From positions 19,448 through 83,447 of the forward strand of contig ONNS01000001.1 in assembly GCA_900319275.1 (NCBI GenBank): a stretch of 64,000 nt of DNA, given 5' to 3'. Below are positions 28,344 to 37,908 of the stretch, piece after piece. The notes under the pieces were generated by a model that was given only the letters and a program-made list of their open reading frames with translations, was not told the origin of the DNA and searched no databases. Position numbers and translations under genes: made by a program. Source of the stretch: an uncultured Eubacteriales bacterium (GTDB taxonomy: Bacteria > Bacillota > Clostridia > Oscillospirales > Oscillospiraceae). Position 1 is the first letter of the stretch. Every line of letters starts with the position of its first letter.

Positions 28344-28651
28344 TCCATGTTATTGTTACAGACACAGATATGACCGCTATTGCTGACAAGATCAGAGAAA
28401 AAACACAGCTTGCGCAGAAATTCCGTGTGTCTGACATGGCGGACGCTATCGGCACACTGCACGGCTATTACAGCGAGGCAACAGGACAAACCCTGTCACC
28501 GGCCGCCGCCGGAACCGGAGCTTTTGCGCTATCTGAACTGGCACAGGCCACCACAGCACAGCGAGCGATGGATTATCCACACGCCGAACCGCTTACAGCT
28601 TTTGCATTATCCGAACTGATCTTTTCCGCCACAGGTGCAAAGACAGAATAA
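28340..28651 (+). CDS. hypothetical tail-module protein
   Basis: 103-aa ORF, ATGA overlap. Confidence 0.5.
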   Translation: MIHVIVTDTDMTAIADKIREKTQLAQKFRVSDMADAIGTLHGYYSEATGQTLSPAAAGTGAFALSELAQATTAQRAMDYPHAEPLTAFALSELIFSATGAKTE

Positions 28652-28663
28652 GGAGGACAGACT

Positions 28664-29191
28664 ATGAGAACAAAAAACTTTAAAAACTTTATGGCGATGA
28701 TTTTTGAGCGCTGCGGCACGGCCAAGGGGCTGCTGCCCGTCAAGGATACGAACGGAACGACCTATTATGTCGGCCCGTCCTCTCCGGGGGCGCAGTTCCC
28801 TTATTCCGTCACGACTACCCTGCAAACGAGCGTTTCAAGCGCGGGCTTTTGCGTTGGCTCCGGATCGACAGCACCGACCGAGGATGACTATAACCTTGCC
28901 AATCAAATCACGTCCGGTCTGTCTGCATCCATTGTAACAAACGTTTACCTTGACGACGATGGTAACCCCGCCGTGGACTATGACCTTATGATTACCAACA
29001 CCGGCTCCGCGCCTGTCACTATTGCCGAGATTGGCTATAAGCAAACCCTTTACACGACCAACGCAAATGGCGGAACGTCCTTTGGCGGCCATACGTGTTT
29101 ACTTGACCGCACTGTACTGTCTGAGCCTGTTACCATCGAGGCGGGCGCTTATGCGGTGATCCGCTACACAATGAAAACCACGATATCATGA
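28664..29191 (+). CDS. hypothetical tail-module protein
   Basis: 175-aa ORF with AAGGAGGA RBS. Confidence 0.55.
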   Translation: MRTKNFKNFMAMIFERCGTAKGLLPVKDTNGTTYYVGPSSPGAQFPYSVTTTLQTSVSSAGFCVGSGSTAPTEDDYNLANQITSGLSASIVTNVYLDDDGNPAVDYDLMITNTGSAPVTIAEIGYKQTLYTTNANGGTSFGGHTCLLDRTVLSEPVTIEAGAYAVIRYTMKTTIS

Positions 29192-29484
29192 GTAACAATA
29201 TCATCATGCGCCGGAATAACGGCGCAGAGGCCGCTGTGAACGGTGTAAACCGCTTGCAGGTCGGCGCCGCATGGCTGCCCGAAGACGAAACCAGCAGGAC
29301 AGCGGGAGTTACTATTGATACGCTGGGCAGCTACCCCGCCGCCCGTGCCGGGCTGTACGGATTTTCTGAAGCCAATGTTGACGTGCAGTTGCCGCAATCT
29401 GGCACCACGCGCGCCGGTGTCGGGTTTACAATCTATGTAGACAGCACGGGCAAGCCACATATCGCCGTGGAGGGCAAGAAATGA
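29188..29484 (+). CDS. hypothetical tail-module protein
   Basis: 98-aa ORF, ATGA overlaps at both ends. Confidence 0.5.
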   Translation: MSNNIIMRRNNGAEAAVNGVNRLQVGAAWLPEDETSRTAGVTIDTLGSYPAARAGLYGFSEANVDVQLPQSGTTRAGVGFTIYVDSTGKPHIAVEGKK

Positions 29485-31217
29485 GCCAAAACCTGAAAAT
29501 CACAGAGGGCGGCGGAGAGCGCAATTTTACTGGCGTCAAGCGCTTAAAGACGGACAAGACGGACGGCGGCGCTTGCTACTGGGTGCCGGAAGAGGAACGC
29601 CGCCTCGAAACGCTCCATGCGTCGAGAAACGGCGTCTATCTTCCGGGCCAAGGCTATTACGCTTTTGATGAAGTGGACGCCCGGTCTATCAGCGGCATCA
29701 AAGCGGGCGGCCATGAATACACTGTGAATCTTGATGACGCTGGCAACCCTCATATCAGCACGGGCGGCCTTGACGTCTCTATTGACGAAGCGGGAAACCC
29801 GATTGCCACTTATGACGACACGCCAATAGACATAGATGACATATCACAGTATCTTGACCTCAACAGCGATTTGGACATTTCTTTTGACCTTGACGATTTA
29901 AACATATCCGGGCTTGACCTTAGCGGGCTGTCGGCGGATTTATCAATTGATCTTGACGGCCTAAACATGGAATTGTACGACCTCCCCGATGAAATAAGAA
30001 TCACCAAAGAGCCGCCATACATCGACGGGAAAACGGTCACTGTAAAAGATTTTGTTGTGCAAGCCTATCGCGGCGGCAAAGTCTGGGAAGGCGAGAACAT
30101 TGATTATCCGAACGGCATCATTCCGCCGAACGAGCTGACATTGACATTCACAGAAAAGCGAGAGAACAAGTTTAACGTTGCTGATTCTGTACTGTGGAGG
30201 AAAGAGGAATACACTTTCGACGGCGGAGAGGGAACAATTGGCGATGAATCATACACGGTGAAATCGTCAATCCCGTTTTTAACTGGCGGGGAAGCAACAT
30301 TTAAAACGCGCTATAAAGAGCGCTTTGTTGCTCAGGTGCATGGCGAGCTTTATAATACCTATGAAAAGGATTATAATTTGGGCGCGAAGATAAACACCGG
30401 TTATGGTAAAATAGTGCTTTTAAAGTTCAAGTCTATTACAAATCGAGTTGACAATGGCGTAAATAACCCCGCGACGGTTACTCGAATTGTGCCATACTTT
30501 TTTTACACGTATCTCCCTCCAGATCCCAGCCGCCCGTATTATTACTTCCAGCCCGAAGCGATCGTTGATGCGCGTGAATTGGACAACTCCAAGAAATTCG
30601 AGGAAAAAATACAAGCAAAAGTTGAATCCAGATTAGGGATACAGTCTGATTATTTGCCGTATTGGTACCGGAAACCTGACGGAGCGTATAACATTAACTG
30701 GTATACGTACGGTTTTGGAAACCATAACTGGCGTTTTGAGTATGATTCTGCACAAAATTTATTCTATGAGCATGATTTTGAAATTTTAGACGGTAAATGC
30801 GTCAGAAACCGGTATTGGGTTGAAGACGGCTCTCTCGCGTACACGTACAAGTATGAATGGAGCACAGAGGAAGGGAATCTCCCGTTCTTTGACGTTGACG
30901 AGATACTGAACTATCCGACAGCCGAAGACGAACCGCGGCATTATAACAAGCCCAACTTTTCAGATGTTCTCGACAGGATCGCCCTATCGCTTTTTTTTAC
31001 GGACGATGGCGAGCGGCGGGACGACAAAGAATTTGAGCTTTATCACCCGGCTATGGTAACTATCGCATGGGATCGACCGCGCGACAATAGAACGTTGAAG
31101 GCTGTGAAAGAAGTCTATGTTGAAGAAAACGAAACAAGCGCGCAGTTGGACACCGCCGCTCACCCCGGCACAACCGTTAACGAAGAGGGCTTTTCACACC
31201 ATTCAGGCAAGTTTTAG
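29481..31217 (+). CDS. large tail/baseplate structural protein (possible host-specificity protein)
   Basis: 578 aa; D/L-rich repeat stretch LDLNSDLDISFDLDDLNISGLDLSGLSADLSIDLDGL. Confidence 0.5.
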   Translation: MSQNLKITEGGGERNFTGVKRLKTDKTDGGACYWVPEEERRLETLHASRNGVYLPGQGYYAFDEVDARSISGIKAGGHEYTVNLDDAGNPHISTGGLDVSIDEAGNPIATYDDTPIDIDDISQYLDLNSDLDISFDLDDLNISGLDLSGLSADLSIDLDGLNMELYDLPDEIRITKEPPYIDGKTVTVKDFVVQAYRGGKVWEGENIDYPNGIIPPNELTLTFTEKRENKFNVADSVLWRKEEYTFDGGEGTIGDESYTVKSSIPFLTGGEATFKTRYKERFVAQVHGELYNTYEKDYNLGAKINTGYGKIVLLKFKSITNRVDNGVNNPATVTRIVPYFFYTYLPPDPSRPYYYFQPEAIVDARELDNSKKFEEKIQAKVESRLGIQSDYLPYWYRKPDGAYNINWYTYGFGNHNWRFEYDSAQNLFYEHDFEILDGKCVRNRYWVEDGSLAYTYKYEWSTEEGNLPFFDVDEILNYPTAEDEPRHYNKPNFSDVLDRIALSLFFTDDGERRDDKEFELYHPAMVTIAWDRPRDNRTLKAVKEVYVEENETSAQLDTAAHPGTTVNEEGFSHHSGKF

Positions 31218-31227
31218 GAGGCAAAGC

Positions 31228-32214
31228 ATGAACGCACCTCAACATGAAACAATTGATCAGGTCATCGGTCGCGTCAGAGGGCAGGACGGCGTTTCGCCCT
31301 CCATAACAGTCACGGACATTGATGGCGGGCACAGAATCACCATAATCGATGCGGCACATCCCAGCGGCCAAACAGTCGATGTGATGGATGGCACCGATGG
31401 GACAAGCCCAACGATCACAGTGACCGCTATCACCGGAGGTTACCGCATCACGATCACTGACGTCCAGCATCCCGAGGGACAATCCGTTGACATTCTGCAC
31501 GGGGCCAAGGGCGACAAGGGGGATAAAGGAGATACCGGCAACGGCATCGACCATATTGCCCTGACGAGTAGCGCTGGTGTTGTTGACACCTATACGGTGT
31601 ACTACACCAACGGCGACACATGGACCTATACAGTGGCAAATTCCTCCGAGTCGAGTGCTGATCGAATCATTTACCGAGAAGAAGATCCTCACCCGTCCGG
31701 CTATCTCGGCAACGCTGTCAACGATCTGCAGACGGCTCTTGCGCTTATCATCACCTGGATTACTCAAACAGAGGCAGACTGGGGCGATAGAATCAGCAGC
31801 CTCGAATCTTCGAGGACTACCGACGAGGGAAGAATCTCGACCCTGGAAAGCACGGCAACCAGCCATGGAACGCGCTTGACCACAGCAGAAGGGAAGATCG
31901 TTTCCCTGGAGGGCAGAGCAACCACCGCCGAGGGGAATATCACGAAGCTCATGTCCCGGACAGAGATCGAGGCCGGCAGCGTAACACTGACGAACTCGCA
32001 GGCTTTCCCATTCAATGACAGTCAGGTGACGGTTCCGCTGGTGACGGAGCGGGCAAGTCAGAATTACATAGTGGACTATGAGGTGACGGCTGCCGTCGGC
32101 AACGTGGGAGACATTATCGTGTCGGCCAAGTTGGTCAATGGCTTCAAGTTGGAGTATACGGGGTCGGCATCGTCCGTCACTGTGAAATATCAGGTATTTG
32201 GAGGTATGGCGTAA
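31228..32214 (+). CDS. tail fibre protein with short collagen-like stretch and internal tandem repeat
   Basis: TAGGAGG RBS then ATG 31228; GAKGDKGDKGDTGNG; two ~31-aa repeats (SPSITVTDIDGGHRITIIDAAHPSGQTVDV / SPTITVTAITGGYRITITDVQHPEGQSVDI). Confidence 0.65.
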   Translation: MNAPQHETIDQVIGRVRGQDGVSPSITVTDIDGGHRITIIDAAHPSGQTVDVMDGTDGTSPTITVTAITGGYRITITDVQHPEGQSVDILHGAKGDKGDKGDTGNGIDHIALTSSAGVVDTYTVYYTNGDTWTYTVANSSESSADRIIYREEDPHPSGYLGNAVNDLQTALALIITWITQTEADWGDRISSLESSRTTDEGRISTLESTATSHGTRLTTAEGKIVSLEGRATTAEGNITKLMSRTEIEAGSVTLTNSQAFPFNDSQVTVPLVTERASQNYIVDYEVTAAVGNVGDIIVSAKLVNGFKLEYTGSASSVTVKYQVFGGMA

Positions 32215-32577
32215 ATGATCATCGTGCATAAGAATGAGGGGCCGAAGATCCCCTATAGCGTCCGGAACAAGAAGATCACCTTTGACGATGACCTGACAAT
32301 TAACCTGGTCAAGCGCGAGCGGGACGATCCCGTTCATATCGACGTATGCGCGGACAGAGATGGGGAGCTGGTGATCGGCGCAGCCGCAGGGCGGCGCTAT
32401 GTGGCCGAGATCGACATCCCGGCCAGACAGTACGAACAGCCGGAAACCGTAGTGATCGGCGCGGATGTCGAACTCGGAGATCCTGGAGAGGAAGAGGGCG
32501 GGGGAGAGGCCCCTGTCCCTGTGCCCCTGGACATGGACACTGTCACGCTTAGCCTGTGGGCGATTGAGGAGGAATGA
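32215..32577 (+). CDS. hypothetical tail-fibre-associated protein
   Basis: 120-aa ORF abutting flanking genes. Confidence 0.5.
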   Translation: MIIVHKNEGPKIPYSVRNKKITFDDDLTINLVKRERDDPVHIDVCADRDGELVIGAAAGRRYVAEIDIPARQYEQPETVVIGADVELGDPGEEEGGGEAPVPVPLDMDTVTLSLWAIEEE

Positions 32578-32580
32578 TCT

Positions 32581-33663
32581 ATGGCAAACAACAACTTTGA
32601 CCTGACCAACCTGGCGCTGCAGTGCATTTGCCCCAACAATGAGCTTTTGTATGACGATGTGGGCAAGCCGTCGGTGATGGTGAAGATTCCCAAGATGACC
32701 TATGCTCAGCTCGGCCTCGGAACCTCCACCGAAATCTTCCCGGCATTTAAGGTGGATGATGTGGAGAAAGACGCGATCTGGATCTCGAAATATCAGAACA
32801 TCGTGCAGAATAGCAGAGCGTATTCCCTGCCCGCCCGGGATCCGCGCGCCTCGATCACCTTCGATCAGGCGATATCGGCCTGTACGGCCAAGGGTGCTGG
32901 ATGGCATCTGATGACCAAAACGGAATGGGCGCTGCTGGCTTGGTGGTGCAAGCAGAACGGAACTATGCCCTATGGCAACAACGACTACGGCAAAGATACG
33001 CGAGAATCTGTCTACCGGGCCATCCCGTCTATGGCCCGTGACAGCAGCAATCGCATCCAGCGTGTCGCTACCGGTACCGGCCCTCTGACATGGAGCCATG
33101 ACCGGACGCCCTCTGGCATCTGGGATTTGAACGGCAATGTGTGGGAATGGACCGGCGGTGTGCGGATGGTGTACGGCGAGATTCAGCTTCTTGCGAACAA
33201 CAACGCCGCGAACAAGGATCACTCCCAGGCGGCCAACTCCGCGCTTTGGATGGCGATCAATGCAGCCGACGGCAGTCTCATTGCCCCGGACGGCAGAGGC
33301 ACGACCGAGGGCTCTGTGAAGATGGATTTCGTCAACAGCCACGTCCAGTATTCCACTACGATCACCAGCAAGTCCGATAGCGGGCGCGGATGCCCGTGGA
33401 ATGCTGTGAGCTGCGACAGTACAATCAGCGATGCGGCCAGACTTGTACTGGCTTCGATCGGGCTCTGCCGTTATGATCTGAGTGTCACTGACTTTGATAG
33501 TGATTACTTCTATTTCAACAACGGCGCCGCCGACCGTTGTTGGTTATGCGGCGGCGCCTGGAACAACGGCACGGACGCCGGTGTGTTCTACTCGTACGGC
33601 AACAGCTCCCGCGGCCACTCGAGCGCGTCCATCGGCTTCCGCTCCGCTTATTATGTACCCTGA
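32581..33663 (+). CDS. DGR target protein: FGE-sulfatase / C-type-lectin-fold receptor-binding protein carrying the VR
   Basis: 360 aa; GWHLMTKTEWALLAWW and DLNGNVWEWTGG motifs; C-terminal 39 codons correspond to the TR with A-specific differences. Confidence 0.88.
   Translation: MANNNFDLTNLALQCICPNNELLYDDVGKPSVMVKIPKMTYAQLGLGTSTEIFPAFKVDDVEKDAIWISKYQNIVQNSRAYSLPARDPRASITFDQAISACTAKGAGWHLMTKTEWALLAWWCKQNGTMPYGNNDYGKDTRESVYRAIPSMARDSSNRIQRVATGTGPLTWSHDRTPSGIWDLNGNVWEWTGGVRMVYGEIQLLANNNAANKDHSQAANSALWMAINAADGSLIAPDGRGTTEGSVKMDFVNSHVQYSTTITSKSDSGRGCPWNAVSCDSTISDAARLVLASIGLCRYDLSVTDFDSDYFYFNNGAADRCWLCGGAWNNGTDAGVFYSYGNSSRGHSSASIGFRSAYYVP
33531..33648 (+). repeat. DGR variable region (VR)
   Basis: 118-bp gapless alignment to 34220..34337; 107 identities; all 11 mismatches lie opposite TR adenines. 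Confidence 0.92.
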
Positions 33664-33687
33664 GTACTGACCCACTGTGTGCTGTTT

Positions 33688-33707
33688 TGCTCCGCGGTAG
33701 CGGAGCA
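33688..33707 (+). promoter_or_regulatory. hairpin downstream of VR (8-bp GC-rich stem, GGTA loop), candidate DGR target-recognition element
   Basis: tgctccgc-ggta-gcggagca, 25 nt after the target stop codon. Confidence 0.55.
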
Positions 33708-33717
33708 TCGCGATTTC

Positions 33718-33745
33718 TTCGCCCGAAGGGCGAAAAAAATTTTTA
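33718..33745 (+). terminator. rho-independent terminator
   Basis: ttcgccc-gaa-gggcgaa followed by aaaaattttt (possibly bidirectional). Confidence 0.65.
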
Positions 33746-33840
33746 TGAAAATTACGGTATTCCGTAATAAAATTCCATTTTGCTCTTCCCTCCGCTCAGC
33801 AGTGGTAGAATTGCCACACTTGGACGGAGGAAAGAGCAAA

Positions 33841-34215
33841 ATGGGAGAGATCAGCGAAACAAAAGAATTTCTGCTGCTTCAAAGAATCCTTGACATGATG
33901 GAATATGGCTATGTGTGTCTCCGGCAATTCCCTAAGTCCGAGAAGTACGCTCTGGCAACGGATATCAAGCGATGCATGGATGAAATGGTGTCGCTTGCGA
34001 TTACAGCTCAGAAACGATACTACAAAAAGACCACTTTGCAGGATCTGGACATAGAGATTATGAAGCTCCGTATCTATATCCGGTTGGCGTATAGGCTACG
34101 ATTTCTTCCAATGGAGAAGTACGAGAACTGGTCAGCTATGGTGGTCGAAATCGGTAAAATGCTCGGCGGCTGGATCAAGACCGTCAATGAACGGGCCGCA
34201 AAGCAGAGGGAATAG
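33841..34215 (+). CDS. avd: DGR accessory variability determinant (four-helix-bundle Avd)
   Basis: GGAGGAAAG RBS then ATG 33841; 124 aa; FPKSEKYALATDIKR motif of the Avd / 23S-IVS four-helix-bundle family; TR starts 4 nt after its stop. Confidence 0.82.
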   Translation: MGEISETKEFLLLQRILDMMEYGYVCLRQFPKSEKYALATDIKRCMDEMVSLAITAQKRYYKKTTLQDLDIEIMKLRIYIRLAYRLRFLPMEKYENWSAMVVEIGKMLGGWIKTVNERAAKQRE

Positions 34216-34219
34216 TCCA

Positions 34220-34337
34220 CGAACGTTGTTGGTTATGCGGCGGCAACTGGAACAACGGCACGAACGCCGGTGTGTTCTACTCGAACGGCAACAACTCCCG
34301 CGGCAACTCGAACACGAACATCGGCTTCCGCTCCGCT
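34220..34337 (+). repeat. DGR template repeat (TR)
   Basis: 27 adenines, many as AAC codons in the VR reading frame; 11 differ in the VR, no non-A differences. Confidence 0.92.
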
Positions 34338-34512
34338 CATGCCCAAAAGTCTCATGTTGCAGGCTCAAGGGCCTGCAATCAGTACCGGGCATAAGGGGAC
34401 TATCCCCGGGGTTATATCGTAGCCCAAAAACATTCTCTTCGGTAATCCGACGTTCCGGCGGTGTCCAAAGCCGCACGGCGTCTGATAGGCCGGGGATAAG
34501 AGGAGTGGCAGA

Positions 34513-35631
34513 ATGGAAAAATACTCTCATGTTTTCGAAGAGTTTGACACTTTCGAGAATATGTATGACGGCTATCTGTTGGCGCGCAAATCCAAGCGCG
34601 AGCGCCCGGAGGTATTACGCTATTCTGCCAACCTTGAAGAAAATATCATCAACGATGTGAACCGCCTGTACTGGCAGACATATACCCCCGGAGAACTGCG
34701 GCCATTCTACGAGTATTTTCCGAAGCTCAGACTGATTCACTCTCAACAATTCGGCGATCGGGTGGTCAACTGCGCAGCATATAACGTCCTTTGGCCGATC
34801 TATTCCAAGTCTTTCTATGAACACAGTTACGGGAGCATCCCCGGAGGCGGTCAAATCAATGCAGTTAATACCCTGCAGCAGTGGATGAAAATGCTGGACG
34901 GAAAGCAAGAGCGGTGGTACATAGGCAAGCTCGATATAGCAAAGTTCTTTTTCCGCATTCCTATTGAAGTTCAGATGCGAGAACTGCTGCGGCCTCTGGA
35001 CGATCCCCGTATGGCATGGTTCCTCAATGTGGCGATCCGCTGCGACGGCCGGCCATTTGGCTTGCCACTCCATTGCACCGACGTCACTACCGCCGAAAGA
35101 ATCTGCGGCCGAGGGATGCAGGTCGGCAGCCTGATCTCCCAGACAACGGCCAATGTGGTGCTGACACCGCTCGACCATTACATCAAGCGCGTTATGCGCA
35201 TCCCGTACTATATCCGGTACATGGACGACATGATGATTCTTTTGCCGGGGAAAGACGAGTGCTGGGAGGCGATCGCAGAGATAGATGATTTCATGCAGGA
35301 ACACCTTGGGCTTCAGTTGAACAAAAAGACTGCTGTAATGCCTGTCGGTACCGGCGTGGAATTCATTGGGCGCATGGTGTGGCCGGGGCGAACGACGCTG
35401 AGAAAAAGCACCAGCCTAAATATGAAGCGGCATCTCCGGTTTGTCATGGAGCACTACAGTACCGGCGAGTTGCCCCTGGAATACTGCGAAAGCGTGATCA
35501 CCAGCTATCTTGGGCTAATGAGTCATTGTGACTGTGAGGATCTGAGAAACAAAACCTTAGAAGACTTCGTCCTTGTCCGACGACATTTCGGAGAGGACGA
35601 GGAAATTATCGAAGAAGATCAGTTCATGTGA
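34513..35631 (+). CDS. DGR reverse transcriptase
   Basis: 372 aa; YIRYMDDMMIL (YxDD) catalytic box and QVGSLISQTTANV motif characteristic of DGR RTs; AGAGGAG RBS. Confidence 0.9.
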   Translation: MEKYSHVFEEFDTFENMYDGYLLARKSKRERPEVLRYSANLEENIINDVNRLYWQTYTPGELRPFYEYFPKLRLIHSQQFGDRVVNCAAYNVLWPIYSKSFYEHSYGSIPGGGQINAVNTLQQWMKMLDGKQERWYIGKLDIAKFFFRIPIEVQMRELLRPLDDPRMAWFLNVAIRCDGRPFGLPLHCTDVTTAERICGRGMQVGSLISQTTANVVLTPLDHYIKRVMRIPYYIRYMDDMMILLPGKDECWEAIAEIDDFMQEHLGLQLNKKTAVMPVGTGVEFIGRMVWPGRTTLRKSTSLNMKRHLRFVMEHYSTGELPLEYCESVITSYLGLMSHCDCEDLRNKTLEDFVLVRRHFGEDEEIIEEDQFM

Positions 35632-35664
35632 GCTGGTCTTCTTTCTCTTTGGAGGTGTTTACCG

Positions 35665-35757
35665 ATGGATGAAGAGAACACTGATCTGACCGGCAAGGAG
35701 GTCGAGATCGCGGACAATGACGAACACACACATTCCGGATTGTTGGAGGATGAGTAA
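35665..35757 (+). CDS. possible 30-aa acidic micro-ORF
   Basis: GGAGGTG RBS 7 nt before ATG 35665; TAA abuts the endolysin ATG; MDEENTDLTGKEVEIADNDEHTHSGLLEDE. Confidence 0.3.
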   Translation: MDEENTDLTGKEVEIADNDEHTHSGLLEDE

Positions 35758-36483
35758 ATGAACACGATAGAAAATGCGGTACAGTGGGCAATCGACATTG
35801 CCAACAATAATTCGCACGGCTACAGCCAGGCCAACCGCTGGGGGCCGGACTATGACTGCTCGTCGCTGGTAATTTCGGCGTGGCAGCAGGCGGGCGTGCC
35901 GGTGCGCAGCGCCGGCGCGAGCTATACGGGCAATATGAAGACGGCGTTCCTCGCCTGCGGTTTTGCCGACGTGAGCGGCAGCGTGAACCTGACGACCGGT
36001 GACGGCCTTCAGCGCGGCGACGTGCTGCTGAACGAGCGCAATCACACTGCGATGTGCATCGGCGGTGGCCGTATCGTTCACGCACGCAGCAGTGAGGGGA
36101 ATTCTATACAGGGCGATCAGAGCGGCAATGAGATCCGCGTGCAGCCGTATTACGTCTATTCGAGCGGCTGGGATTGTGTGCTTCGGTACACGGGCGAGCC
36201 CGCGCCGGCCGAACCGGAGCGCGAACTTTTTGCCGTGGTTGTGCAGCTCCCGGAACTGCGGTGCGGTGACACGGGCTATTACGTGCAGGAGATGCAGTCG
36301 CAGCTTGTCTTGCACGGGTGCAGCCCCGAAAACACCATCCGGCGTGACGGCACTTGCGACGGCAAATTTGGAGACGGCACAGAGACCGCGCTGAGGCGAT
36401 TCCAGGCGATGCGCGGTCTGCCAACGACTGGCGTGTGCGACGGGCAGTGCTGGGCCGCGCTTATTAACAAATCGGAGGTATAA
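35758..36483 (+). CDS. endolysin: NlpC/P60-like peptidase with PG_binding_1-like domain
   Basis: 241 aa; DYDCSS / NHTAM catalytic-type motifs; C-terminal DGKFGDGTETALRRFQ; followed by holins. Confidence 0.85.
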   Translation: MNTIENAVQWAIDIANNNSHGYSQANRWGPDYDCSSLVISAWQQAGVPVRSAGASYTGNMKTAFLACGFADVSGSVNLTTGDGLQRGDVLLNERNHTAMCIGGGRIVHARSSEGNSIQGDQSGNEIRVQPYYVYSSGWDCVLRYTGEPAPAEPERELFAVVVQLPELRCGDTGYYVQEMQSQLVLHGCSPENTIRRDGTCDGKFGDGTETALRRFQAMRGLPTTGVCDGQCWAALINKSEV

Positions 36484-36487
36484 CACC

Positions 36488-36991
36488 ATGAATGCGCCAA
36501 CAAAAGCCCAGGAAGTCAAGGCATTTATTGCCGCGGGCTTCGCCTTTTTTACCGCCCTCTGGGGCTGGGTCGGATGGATTGTATTCCTGTTGATCCTTGC
36601 TATAGCTCTGGATTACATCACCGGGACGGCGGCAGCTAAGGCAAATGGCGAGTGGACAAGCAAATTAGCCCGTGAAGGCCTCTGGCACAAACTCGGGGAA
36701 ATATTTGCGCTGCTCGTTGCAGCTCTTTGTGATATTGCTGTCGATGTGATCCTGCACACCGGAGCTGCACAGATTGTCGAGGGCATCCCCTATGGCAATT
36801 ATATTACATTGATCGTTTCCGTGTGGTACTTCTTCACGGAAGTGGGAAGCATCCTCGAAAACGTGAAGCGACTGGGCGCGCCGATCCCTGAATGGCTAAT
36901 TGCCGGAGCAAAAATTCTGAAAGGCAAAACGTCCGATTCAGTGCCGCCCGGCATGCGTGAAATTACAGAAGACACAAACAAAAAAGACTGA
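36488..36991 (+). CDS. holin (phage_holin_4 / TcdE-like family)
   Basis: 167 aa, 3-4 TM segments, LDYITGTAAAKANGEWTSKLAREGLWHKLGEI motif. Confidence 0.8.
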   Translation: MNAPTKAQEVKAFIAAGFAFFTALWGWVGWIVFLLILAIALDYITGTAAAKANGEWTSKLAREGLWHKLGEIFALLVAALCDIAVDVILHTGAAQIVEGIPYGNYITLIVSVWYFFTEVGSILENVKRLGAPIPEWLIAGAKILKGKTSDSVPPGMREITEDTNKKD

Positions 36992-37005
36992 AAAGGAGAA
37001 TTATC

Positions 37006-37374
37006 ATGAGCCAGTACATCAACCAGATTCTGCTTGTCCTGTTCCTTGCTTTCGCCGCCTTCCTCGGAACCCAGGCCAAGCGCCTGTACCAGCAGTTTGT
37101 CACCACGAAGGTGAAACAGGACATTTGCAAGACGGCCGTGCGCTTTGTCGAGCAGGTCTATAAAGATTTTCACGGCCATGAGAAGCTGAAAATGGCCATG
37201 CTGAAAGCCTCGGAGCTGCTGGCCGAGTACGGCATCACCATCTCAGATGTCGAGTTGATTGCCATGCTCGAAGCCGCGGTCAATGAATTCAACAATAGCT
37301 TCAGCAAAACGCAAGCAGACGACAGTCTTGAAATTGGTGCCGATTACGAAACAGAAATGGAGAGAGCAAAATGA
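37006..37374 (+). CDS. LL-H-type holin-like protein
   Basis: 122 aa, single N-terminal TM ([14 protein letters not shown]) then helical domain as in LL-H family holins. Confidence 0.6.
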   Translation: MSQYINQILLVLFLAFAAFLGTQAKRLYQQFVTTKVKQDICKTAVRFVEQVYKDFHGHEKLKMAMLKASELLAEYGITISDVELIAMLEAAVNEFNNSFSKTQADDSLEIGADYETEMERAK

Positions 37375-37748
37375 GCGAACAGAAGATTTCAACTATTCAG
37401 ACGCGCAACAACCTGAATGCTGTGTACCGTGATGGTGAGCCCGGCCCCGGCGGTGCATACCACGAGTATGATGTCTATGCGGCAAACGATGATCCTGAGA
37501 ACGGGAATCCCATCTGTGTGATCCAGTTCCAGAAAGGCCCGCGCGATGATCCCAGCTCGCAGCACGGTGTCCTCGACGGCGACTTGCTGGAGATGGTGCG
37601 CGACCGGCTGCGCGCATTCCAGTCCGGTCCGTATGCCTGCCGGGAGAACGCCTGCGCGCTGACCCACATCGAGGAGGCTCTGATGTGGATGAACAGACGT
37701 GCTGAGGATCGCGCTGAACGCTGCGTCCTCGGTACCTACAACAAGTAA
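37371..37748 (+). CDS. conserved hypothetical phage protein
   Basis: 125-aa ORF, ATGA overlap; last gene of the plus-strand operon. Confidence 0.6.
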   Translation: MSEQKISTIQTRNNLNAVYRDGEPGPGGAYHEYDVYAANDDPENGNPICVIQFQKGPRDDPSSQHGVLDGDLLEMVRDRLRAFQSGPYACRENACALTHIEEALMWMNRRAEDRAERCVLGTYNK

Positions 37749-37754
37749 GAAAAG

Positions 37755-37803
37755 CCCCTGCCATTTCGGTGACCACCGATTTGGTAGGGGTTTCTTTTTT
37801 TTT
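37755..37803. terminator. bidirectional terminator between the convergent late (+) and early (-) operons
   Basis: cccctgcca/tggtagggg stem (one G-T pair), T-run on plus strand and A-run upstream. Confidence 0.7.
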
Positions 37804-37908
37804 GACCAGGAAAGCGTTTCCTTCGCGTTTTTGGTGTCGGGGGATATACGAATATAGGGTGCGCGGGTAAAGGCCGTTGCAACGGCTGGAAATGGCCTCT
37901 GGGGCAAA

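Noticed and set aside
34187-34660. A 157-aa ORF spanning the TR and the TR-RT spacer.
   Set aside because: It overlaps the avd stop and the non-coding DGR template. It has no RBS. Its translation simply mirrors the AAC-rich template read in another frame.
34513-35631. The reverse transcriptase read as a retron, group II intron or Abi-type RT.
   Set aside because: An adjacent avd gene and a TR/VR pair with exclusively adenine-templated differences assign it to a DGR. I saw no intron domain V/VI or msr/msd-like repeats.
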